Position numbers and translations under genes: made by a program
The notes under the pieces: model-generated
Database searches by the model: none
The model's input: the letters and a program-made list of their open reading frames with translations, nothing else
What the model was told of the DNA's origin: nothing
Shown: positions 1-7,738 of the stretch, piece by piece
How positions within the stretch are numbered: position 1 is the stretch's first letter
Layout of the letters: every line of letters starts with the position of its first letter
Source: Gammaproteobacteria bacterium
GTDB lineage: Bacteria > Pseudomonadota > Gammaproteobacteria > Eutrophobiales > Eutrophobiaceae
Assembly (NCBI GenBank): GCA_011772965.1
Contig: WVYN01000014.1
Location: 161,002 to 225,001 of the forward strand
DNA: 64,000 nt
Direction of reading: 5' to 3'

Positions 1-4
1 CATC

Positions 5-217
5 ATGTCAGGTGACTCAGATTATATTGAACTGGTAAGACAGTTGCATTCGATGGGGGTTCGTGTGGAGATTGCTGCAGTACCAAGTACCACTTCCAGT
101 TTGTTGATCGAGGAAGCCGATTATTTCCATGAAATTACAAAAGATGACTGGTTTACACTTCCGACTAAGAAAATCCAAAAGAAACGCAGTTACAAGAAGA
201 GCACGAACAGAAAATAG
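5..217 (+). CDS. C-terminal fragment of a NYN/LabA-like (DUF88) domain protein; 5' end lies outside the window
   Basis: The ...GDSDYIELVRQLHSMGVRVEIAAVPSTTS..ADYFHEI motif resembles the NYN-domain C-terminus. The ORF starts at the window edge. Confidence 0.4.
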   Translation: MSGDSDYIELVRQLHSMGVRVEIAAVPSTTSSLLIEEADYFHEITKDDWFTLPTKKIQKKRSYKKSTNRK

Positions 218-389
218 TTCCGTAACATTTTCGAATATTCAGCAGGGGTGGAATAATTATTCTGACAAGTGCATAGTAGTCACTTGAAACTGACACTGCC
301 TGTGCATATTCAATTCTGTCTTTTACATACATCACATAATCATCTGAATAGCAAGGCAAAAATTATTCCAGAAAACTGGAGAACTACGC

Positions 390-872
390 ATGCAAGTTAC
401 TAAACACAAGGTTGCTGTCATTAACTATGTATTAAAAGATGAACAAGGCAATACCATTGATCAATCTACAGATGGTAATTTTGCCTACATACATGGTACT
501 CAAAGTATTGTTCCAGGACTGGAAAATGCCATGGAGGGGAAAAAGGCGGGCGACCAGCTTGACGTCAGCATTCCACCGGAAGATGCCTATGGCGATCGCC
601 AACTAGAAAATATTCAGACTGTTACCCGGGACATGTTCCCGCCGGATGTGGAATTAAAGATCGGTATGCAGTTCCAGGCCCAATCACCCCAGGGTCAGCC
701 ACTTATCCTTACCATCACCTCCATAGAGGGAAATAATGTTGTTGTCGACGGAAACCATCCCCTTGCCGGCAAGCAATTGAATTTCAACGTAGAAGTTGTC
801 GATGTCAGGGATGCTACCGAAGAAGAGATTGAGCATAATCATGTTCATGGAGTGGGTGATAATCAGCATTAG
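390..872 (+). CDS. slyD: FKBP-type peptidyl-prolyl cis-trans isomerase SlyD with a His-rich metal-binding tail
   Basis: It has an FKBP core with an IF insertion and an HNHVHG..H C-terminal tail, is 160 aa, and follows an RBS-like GGAG. Confidence 0.8.
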   Translation: MQVTKHKVAVINYVLKDEQGNTIDQSTDGNFAYIHGTQSIVPGLENAMEGKKAGDQLDVSIPPEDAYGDRQLENIQTVTRDMFPPDVELKIGMQFQAQSPQGQPLILTITSIEGNNVVVDGNHPLAGKQLNFNVEVVDVRDATEEEIEHNHVHGVGDNQH

Positions 873-897
873 ATTCAAATAGCCGTGATTAATCCGG

Positions 898-1761
898 GTG
901 ATGCTGAAACAGACCAGGCTTGGTAACAGCGGCCGGCAAGTAACAGCCATCGGTCTGGGCGCCATGCCACTGTCGCTTACTGACAGGCCTAATGAGCACG
1001 ATGCCATATGTGTCATCAGGGCTTTTATTGAGCATGGTGGTAATTTTATTGATACTGCAAATGTGTATTGTCGCGATGACAGGGAGGTTGGTCATAACGA
1101 ACGCCTGATCAACAAGGCCCTGAAAGATCTTCATGATAAACACCGGATCATCATTGCGACCAAGGGGGGACTGAGGCGTCCCCGGGGAGGATGGGAAGTC
1201 GATGCGAATCCTCATTGGCTCAGACTATCATGCGAACAGAGCCTGAAAGACCTGGGCCAGGACAGTATCTTCCTTTACCAGTTGCATGCCCCTGATCCGG
1301 AAGTTCCCCTGACAGACTCGGTCGGGGAGCTCTCCAGGCTCAGGCAAGAAGGTAAGATCAGGCATGTTGGACTTTCCAATGTGACGGTTGAAGAAATCGA
1401 AACTGCCATGAATGTCGTGCCAATCACTTCTGTTCAAAATCGCTGTAATATCCTGCAACGGAAACCTTTCACAAACGGCGTTGTTGAATTTTGTCATCAG
1501 AATGAAATTAGTTTTATCGCCCACAGTCCCGTGGGAGGGCATTTTGATCACGGTAAGCTAGCTAGTAACAGGATTTTAAACAGACTTGGCAATGCTCATC
1601 AGGCTACCTCATACCAGGTTGCGTTGGCCTGGCTATTGGCGTGTGGTGATCATATTTTGCCCATACCTGGCGCCAGCAAAATTACTAGTATAACAAGCAG
1701 CATGAATGCAATGAATATTGAACTCGCCAAGAATGAATTAGAGGTGCTTAATAGATTGTGA
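898..1761 (+). CDS. Aldo/keto reductase family oxidoreductase
   Basis: It has the AKR signatures GLGAMPLS, FIDTANVY and HNERLI and is 287 aa. It starts with GTG at 898 or ATG at 901. Confidence 0.75.
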   Translation: MMLKQTRLGNSGRQVTAIGLGAMPLSLTDRPNEHDAICVIRAFIEHGGNFIDTANVYCRDDREVGHNERLINKALKDLHDKHRIIIATKGGLRRPRGGWEVDANPHWLRLSCEQSLKDLGQDSIFLYQLHAPDPEVPLTDSVGELSRLRQEGKIRHVGLSNVTVEEIETAMNVVPITSVQNRCNILQRKPFTNGVVEFCHQNEISFIAHSPVGGHFDHGKLASNRILNRLGNAHQATSYQVALAWLLACGDHILPIPGASKITSITSSMNAMNIELAKNELEVLNRL

Positions 1762-1777
1762 ATGCAATGGAGAAAAA

Positions 1778-2683
1778 TTAATGTCTCGACTCGGCCTCTA
1801 TAAAGATTCGTTTAACATTTGAGAAACGGTTTTTAATTGCATTGTCCAACTTCGCAACAGTAGTCTCGATCTCTTCTCCCGTAATAGGTTCAACAAAACC
1901 AACACTAATATTTACCAATATAAAATCGGGGCCCATATGCATGGTCAATACTTCATTCAGATGATCAATCTTTGAAAAATCAGTTGCCAACTGCCTGATG
2001 CCATCCACTACATGGGTATTGGCACGCTCACCGATTAACAGACTTTTTGTTTCATAGGCCAGCCAAACTGCAGTGACGGCAAGAATCAGACCAATAATTA
2101 TCGATGCTGCGGCATCGAATACATACAATCCTGTCAGCTGGGAAAGGATATTTGCACTAAGAGCAACGAGCAATCCCATCATTGCAGCGGTATCTTCAAA
2201 CAATACGACAAACATGGTAGGATCCTTGCCCTTGTGCACCGCCTCGAAGTAACCCCACTCGCCCCTGCTGCGGCTGAATTCCCTGAATGCAAAATACCAG
2301 GCAAAACCCTCAAAAATAATAGCAAACCCGAGCACAGTATAGTTGATTATAAAATTTTGAACCTGGGAAGGATCGTATAACCGGTGAATTCCCTCATAAA
2401 TTGAGACTCCTGCACCGACTGCGAAGATCATAATAGCTACTACGAAACTCCAGAAATAAATTTCCTTTCCATGACCAAAGGGAAATCGCTCACTCGCCGG
2501 CAACTGTGATCGCTTCAATCCATAAAGGAGAAGGACCTGGTTTCCGGTATCGACCAAGGAATGAATCCCTTCGGAAAACATTGCTGAACTGGATGTAAAA
2601 TAAGCAGCGAGAAACTTGGTTATTGCGATGAGTGTGTTGCCCACCAGGGCGGCATAGATAACCAGTTTTCTTGATGATTGCAT
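1778..2683 (-). CDS. Cation diffusion facilitator (CDF) family divalent-cation efflux transporter
   Basis: Six TM helices are followed by a cytoplasmic domain with overall CzcD/FieF-like architecture. The protein is 301 aa. Confidence 0.7.
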   Translation of the reverse strand: MQSSRKLVIYAALVGNTLIAITKFLAAYFTSSSAMFSEGIHSLVDTGNQVLLLYGLKRSQLPASERFPFGHGKEIYFWSFVVAIMIFAVGAGVSIYEGIHRLYDPSQVQNFIINYTVLGFAIIFEGFAWYFAFREFSRSRGEWGYFEAVHKGKDPTMFVVLFEDTAAMMGLLVALSANILSQLTGLYVFDAAASIIIGLILAVTAVWLAYETKSLLIGERANTHVVDGIRQLATDFSKIDHLNEVLTMHMGPDFILVNISVGFVEPITGEEIETTVAKLDNAIKNRFSNVKRIFIEAESRH

Positions 2684-2718
2684 AATAGTTCCCGATTACA
2701 ATTATGAATCAGGATTTA

Positions 2719-3147
2719 CTACTGGCAGACAACCGGAGTTATCTGCAAGGCCATATCAGTATCACAGGACCACTCTATCCTGTTTTCGATTATGAACGGT
2801 GAGAGAAAAACATGCTTGTTATCGAGCGCTTCAGGCGCTCCTTCGACCTTGTCTGAGGAGTAGGTAATAGTGATTACTCCCGGTCCTTTTCCCCCCACAT
2901 CAATTGAATCAACTGCCGTCTGGGAATACTCGACATTCACAAATATCCTGTCTTCTTCTAGATCATCTGAACTGGGAAAGCGTTGATTACGCCAATAATA
3001 TTCAGCTATGGCCGCCTTGTGGGGCTGGGCGAGTGATATCCCCTTCAGAACCCAGAGTTTGTCCCTAGTTGTTTTTGATGGTGAAAACAGCCAGGCAAGT
3101 ATCACGATAACCAGGATAAAAAACATGAAATTAAGCTGTTTTTTCAT
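2719..3147 (-). CDS. Pilin-like secreted protein (type IV pilin-like globular domain with a C-terminal Cys-Cys loop) carrying a Sec-type rather than a prepilin leader
   Basis: The AQPHKAAIAEYY motif resembles the pilin alpha1-C region, and the C-terminal WSCDTD...PVVCQ forms a disulfide loop. The N-terminus MKKQLNFMFFILVIVILAWLF lacks the G-FTLIE prepilin motif. Confidence 0.35.
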   Translation of the reverse strand: MKKQLNFMFFILVIVILAWLFSPSKTTRDKLWVLKGISLAQPHKAAIAEYYWRNQRFPSSDDLEEDRIFVNVEYSQTAVDSIDVGGKGPGVITITYSSDKVEGAPEALDNKHVFLSPFIIENRIEWSCDTDMALQITPVVCQ

Positions 3148-3153
3148 AGCACC

Positions 3154-3917
3154 CTATTTTTTTTGCAATAAGAATACAACATCTTCTGATGCTGCGGTCA
3201 AATCAACAGGTGAATCTATATCATAACTGTGATCATAAACTTCTTTGATCCTGAATGCATTGGTCCGCTTCAAGCAGCGATAAAACTGGTTTAGTGTATA
3301 TGTTCTCAGTGAATATACCGATTGATAGTTGTAGCGTTTACCATTTTTATTGATTTTAAGATCGACTTTCAAAGTTTCCCGACGGGCCCTCCTGTTCAAG
3401 TCTACCATCCGCATACTCGTCTTCACGGTTAATTTTCCCCGCCGCCCTGACCAACGTACTATCTCATCTGAAAAACCCTGCTCAGGCAATAAATGCAGTC
3501 CGAGTACATAAACTGAGTTTCTCCTGAGTGCCTTGGCAACACATTGTAAATGACGAATTGCCTGCCTTTCAGACAGCAAGTGACGAAACGTGTCTACTGT
3601 GCAATAAGCACCGTCATATCTGCTGCCGCTGATTCGAAAATCAGCCATATCCGCATTAAAGATTTCTGCCTTCAGTGCATTACGCTGCAATTTTTTTTTA
3701 GATAATCAAGAACGGCAGTATTAGTATCAAAACCAGTGCATGTAAACCCTGCCTTGACCATTGGTACAATCAGACGGCCGGTGCCGCAGGCCGGTTCGAG
3801 TAATCTTTTGTGGACGGATTCCTCGCCGGAAAATATCTGCTTGAGGAATTGCAGCTCTGTCCGCATGTCATGGGAAAAAGACAAATCATAATATTTTGGA
3901 AGGTCATACCAGTTCAT
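3154..3917 (-). pseudogene. Class I SAM-dependent methyltransferase split into two ORFs (3672..3917 and 3154..3690) by a frameshift inside a T9 (A9 on the coding strand) homopolymer
   Basis: The N-terminal ORF carries the LEPACGTGR SAM motif I and the C-terminal ORF continues the methyltransferase fold. The frames rejoin if the A9 run at 3693-3701 were A10, reading ...LDYLKKKLQRNALKAEIF.... Confidence 0.6.
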
Positions 3918-3924
3918 GTGAGTA

Positions 3925-4344
3925 TTACCAGAGAAATTTTATCAGGTCACCAAATCCCCATAAAAAGGTCCCGGTAACCAGTAGTGAGGCCTCGATTAAA
4001 CCTACTGAAATTCCCAGTTCTTCACGCATTTTTACTCGCCGTTCATTATAATTTTGCTGAATCCTGTCCAGTTCTTCTTTCATCTGTTCCTCGTCAGCCC
4101 CGAATGCCCTGCGAATCCTGCGTTCAGCCATGTGTTTTTTAAACTTCATTGCACGATGAGTCAGTCTTTCCTCAATGAGACCACTGAATCCGGACCATAT
4201 GCCCAGCACGACAATCAGGCAACCAGCACGTGATAACCATAATTGATCAAGAAACTGCTGCTCAGAGAGAACATAGCCGCTTACAATCAGCAAAATAGCT
4301 ACGCACCAGAGGATAACGCCATGTATGGTTGTGGTTGTACTCAT
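3925..4344 (-). CDS. Hypothetical small inner-membrane protein with two TM segments flanking a charged coiled-coil segment
   Basis: The 139-aa protein has hydrophobic N- and C-termini and lies immediately downstream of addA on the same strand. Confidence 0.4.
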   Translation of the reverse strand: MSTTTTIHGVILWCVAILLIVSGYVLSEQQFLDQLWLSRAGCLIVVLGIWSGFSGLIEERLTHRAMKFKKHMAERRIRRAFGADEEQMKEELDRIQQNYNERRVKMREELGISVGLIEASLLVTGTFLWGFGDLIKFLW

Positions 4345-4351
4345 TCTGTGA

Positions 4352-7300
4352 TCATGCCTTTGAATGTATGTTTATCTCACGCCATTGACCAAGTAATGGG
4401 AAATAGAGCCCGAGTTTGACCGGCCTGTTTTCCATAGCCTGCATCAGAACGGCATATTTTTTAAGTTGCGATGCATAACGTTCTTCTTCCTGATCGAGAA
4501 ACTCCTGTATGTCCGGTCCTTCGTGACGGCTGGTCTTATAATCAATAATCCAGCGCTGATCTTCGCTGTCAATGAAAGTGCGATCAAGGATAACATTCAC
4601 AACCCGGTTGTCGATGATCCCTGTCAGAGGTAGTTCACAGGTGGCCTGTTCATGGCGTGTATCTAGAATCCACCGTCCTTTTTCATCTGCTATGGTACTC
4701 GCAAGCGCCAGAATGACCTGATCTGTGGCCCAGTCTATGTCTTGCTGAGTAACACCGAGTTGTCTGAGGCTTGTTTCGAAACGAGTGGATTCTGAATTTA
4801 TATAGTCCTGTGTCCAGCGTTCAATTCCATCCTCTGCGATAATTTGCAGAAACCGGTGTACAACACTCCCGATGTGCATGATGGTTTCACCCGCCCATTC
4901 ATATTCCGGCATGACCTCTGGCATGGCAGAATAATCAAAGGACACGGGGACGCTGATGTCAGCAGGAGCATCCGGTAATCTCCAGTCTGATGTGAACCTG
5001 TGCAGGCCGCTGCTAATCACCTGTTGGTCCTGATTCACCTGGATTTGTGAATTTTGCCTGGTTGCGATAGCGAGCGCTTTATACTCTTCTTCAAGCACCG
5101 GCCAGAGATGCTTTAGCAGCGAATTTTTTCCGGGTCGCTTGCACTCGCCTGTCTCAGAATCAAGTGGAATGGCTGCGAAAAGATGAAGTTCCTGCCTTGC
5201 CCGGGTGGCGGCTACATATAACAGGCGACCTACTTCATGATCCTGTTTCTGTTTTTCAAGTTCATTCAAGTAATCATAGAATGGTGAATCATCGGAACCG
5301 GCAGGTTTTATCGGAGCCAGTAACAGGTCCTGATGCTGGACATGAGGAGATTCTGCCCATAATAGCAATTGTGATTCATTGCTCCTGCTTCCGCGGTGTA
5401 ATTCAGGCAAGATAACCATATCAAATTCAAGACCTTTTGCCTTGTGAATGGTCATGATTTGCAAACGGTCATCAACATGAGCGGGTAATGCAAATAGATT
5501 ATCCACCTGTTCCATGAATTGATTCGAGTCGGACAAGCGGCCGCCGACATCAAAGTCTTCCAGCAGATCGAAAAACACCTCAACATTTTCCAGCGCCGAT
5601 TCATCCTCCAACGTGGCCGGACCACCGAGATTCATCCATAACGACTCTACGGATCGTCGTAATGTTCTGCGACACCGTTGCTCAAGGGCATGTTGCAATT
5701 TCGGACCTATGGCTGCCAACCTGCTTCTCCCATCTGCCGACAGGCCTTTCATACGATCGGTAGCATTAATGGCCTCCCTGATTGTCAGTTGCGTTTTTTC
5801 TCCCACTAGCAACAGATCATCCAGCGTTATGCCACACCAGGGCGCCCTCAGGACAGCAAACCAGGCAATGCGATCTGCCGGATGATCCAGTGCCCGGGTC
5901 AGTGCCAACAGGTCCTGTATCTCGGGGCGGTGACTCAGCGGTTCGATCTCCACAGCATTGTATGCCAGGTTATTTGCTCTCAGATGAGTCGTGATCTCAA
6001 GCAAGTGACTACGATTACGAACTAGGATGGCCAGACAACGATCCGGATCTTGTCGCTGGCTGTTTTTTATCAATGCAGTAATACGTTTGGCTTCATCAAT
6101 TTCATCCAGAATTGCATGTGCCTGGACAGCAGTATGTTCTGTCTCGGGAAGAAAAGCCTGCGCTGGTTCATAACTGACAGCACCACGATAACTGTCAGCA
6201 AGATCCGGAAAAATTACCTCGAAGGCCCGGTTGACCCAATTGACGATGCCCGCCTGTGAACGGAAATTGACCTCGATTTTCAGTGGGTCAAGAGGTATCT
6301 GACCTAACCGTTTCTGTTTCCAGGTATTAATAAAAAGCCCAACCTCAGCTTCACGGAAACGGTAAATGGACTGCATGGGATCACCGACCAGGAACAGGGT
6401 ATGTCCGTCACCGGGGGACCAACCTGCCGTCAGTTTCTCAATCAGCTTGTACTGGTTATTCGAGACGTCCTGAAATTCATCGATTAACAGGTGTTTGATA
6501 CGGTAATCCAGGCGCAAGGCCAGATCCGTCGGATTATCATCCTGCCCCAGGGCATCTATAGCGGCCAGCATAATACCGTTGAAATCTATTTGATTGCGTT
6601 CTGCAAACAACACTCGCAAGTGGCTATCTGCCATAAGTAACAACTCACACAGGGCCTTGACTATTTGCCATTCATCTTCAGCAAAATGCAATGGGGGCAA
6701 CAAGTGGATCTCAACCAGTCCCTCACTCAGTGACTCGTCACCGGATAGCCGTGACAACAAACTCTGTAACCCATCTTTCATCTCTTTACGATTCTCGGTT
6801 TCAGCTGAGTTAGCTTCAGGTTTTGGAAAACCGATCGTCTTGTCGACACGCTTGCGCCATTGATTCGCTCCAGTCAGACATAAATTGGCAATAGCCCGCC
6901 AGACAGGCAGGTCTGTTGCCGTGCTGCCGGGGAACTGAGTAATATCACGGCATTGAGCGATGGCTGATTCCGGCTTGTCAGCATATAGATTGCTCGCCGC
7001 GTAACGCAGGTATTGCAAAATTTCATTCTGGTACACCTGCGGAAACCGGGCAGCGATATTTTCCAGTGTCGAGGCAACGGCATGTTGAAAGGCGGTTTCC
7101 AGTTCCTGCCGATCAATTTCCCTGCCAATATGGCGTAACCACTGGTCCCGTCTTTGCAGCAATGTTGCGATCATGGCTTTAACTCTGGGCAGATCATTAT
7201 CCAGATGCGAAAGTAACCTGGCGACCGCTTCAGACCAGTACTCCCCGCTCTCCAGATCTGTAAGAGTATTGGCCGCGGCCTGGTGATAGATCTCCGTGGC

Positions 7301-7738
7301 ATCTTCGAGTAATTCCGGTTGCGCACCGAGCCCGGACAACAAGGGCATCTGTCGTGTTAGCCAAGCACACAAGGAGTCAATGGTCTGGATTCGCAGACGA
7401 CCGGGGTTATTCTCCAGTTGCCAGTCCAGATCCTTGTCACGGGCGAGTACGCTAATTGCCATTTCATGAGTCAGTCGTGTGGCGTCGTCTTCCGGCTGTA
7501 CACCTGTCCTCGCCCTATGCAATGCCGTGATGATCCTGGATCGCATCTCCGCTGAAGTCTTGCGGGTAAAAGTGATGGCAATGATTTCTTCAGGTGATTC
7601 AACCGTTGCAAGCAATCGTAGATAGCGCTGGATCAACAACTCGGTTTTTCCTGAGCCAGCCGGTGCCTGCACGATAAAAGATGACTCCACAGATAATGCC
7701 TTTTGTCTTTCAGGATAATCAAAAACTTTGTGGGTCAT
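4352..7738 (-). CDS. addA: AddA-type ATP-dependent helicase/nuclease (UvrD/REP superfamily 1 helicase with a C-terminal RecB-like PD-(D/E)XK nuclease)
   Basis: It has a Walker A motif APAGSGKT and UvrD-like motifs such as FLVGDPMQSIYRFR. The C-terminal IIDYKTS forms a nuclease motif. It is 1128 aa and overlaps the upstream gene by 4 bp. Confidence 0.8.
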   Translation of the reverse strand: MTHKVFDYPERQKALSVESSFIVQAPAGSGKTELLIQRYLRLLATVESPEEIIAITFTRKTSAEMRSRIITALHRARTGVQPEDDATRLTHEMAISVLARDKDLDWQLENNPGRLRIQTIDSLCAWLTRQMPLLSGLGAQPELLEDATEIYHQAAANTLTDLESGEYWSEAVARLLSHLDNDLPRVKAMIATLLQRRDQWLRHIGREIDRQELETAFQHAVASTLENIAARFPQVYQNEILQYLRYAASNLYADKPESAIAQCRDITQFPGSTATDLPVWRAIANLCLTGANQWRKRVDKTIGFPKPEANSAETENRKEMKDGLQSLLSRLSGDESLSEGLVEIHLLPPLHFAEDEWQIVKALCELLLMADSHLRVLFAERNQIDFNGIMLAAIDALGQDDNPTDLALRLDYRIKHLLIDEFQDVSNNQYKLIEKLTAGWSPGDGHTLFLVGDPMQSIYRFREAEVGLFINTWKQKRLGQIPLDPLKIEVNFRSQAGIVNWVNRAFEVIFPDLADSYRGAVSYEPAQAFLPETEHTAVQAHAILDEIDEAKRITALIKNSQRQDPDRCLAILVRNRSHLLEITTHLRANNLAYNAVEIEPLSHRPEIQDLLALTRALDHPADRIAWFAVLRAPWCGITLDDLLLVGEKTQLTIREAINATDRMKGLSADGRSRLAAIGPKLQHALEQRCRRTLRRSVESLWMNLGGPATLEDESALENVEVFFDLLEDFDVGGRLSDSNQFMEQVDNLFALPAHVDDRLQIMTIHKAKGLEFDMVILPELHRGSRSNESQLLLWAESPHVQHQDLLLAPIKPAGSDDSPFYDYLNELEKQKQDHEVGRLLYVAATRARQELHLFAAIPLDSETGECKRPGKNSLLKHLWPVLEEEYKALAIATRQNSQIQVNQDQQVISSGLHRFTSDWRLPDAPADISVPVSFDYSAMPEVMPEYEWAGETIMHIGSVVHRFLQIIAEDGIERWTQDYINSESTRFETSLRQLGVTQQDIDWATDQVILALASTIADEKGRWILDTRHEQATCELPLTGIIDNRVVNVILDRTFIDSEDQRWIIDYKTSRHEGPDIQEFLDQEEERYASQLKKYAVLMQAMENRPVKLGLYFPLLGQWREINIHSKA

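Noticed and set aside
5164-7128. Several 60-90-aa ORFs on the plus strand within addA (5164..5415, 5613..5885, 5782..5994, 6050..6259, 6594..6863)
   Set aside because: All lie fully inside a well-supported 1128-aa helicase gene on the opposite strand and have no recognisable similarity or RBS.
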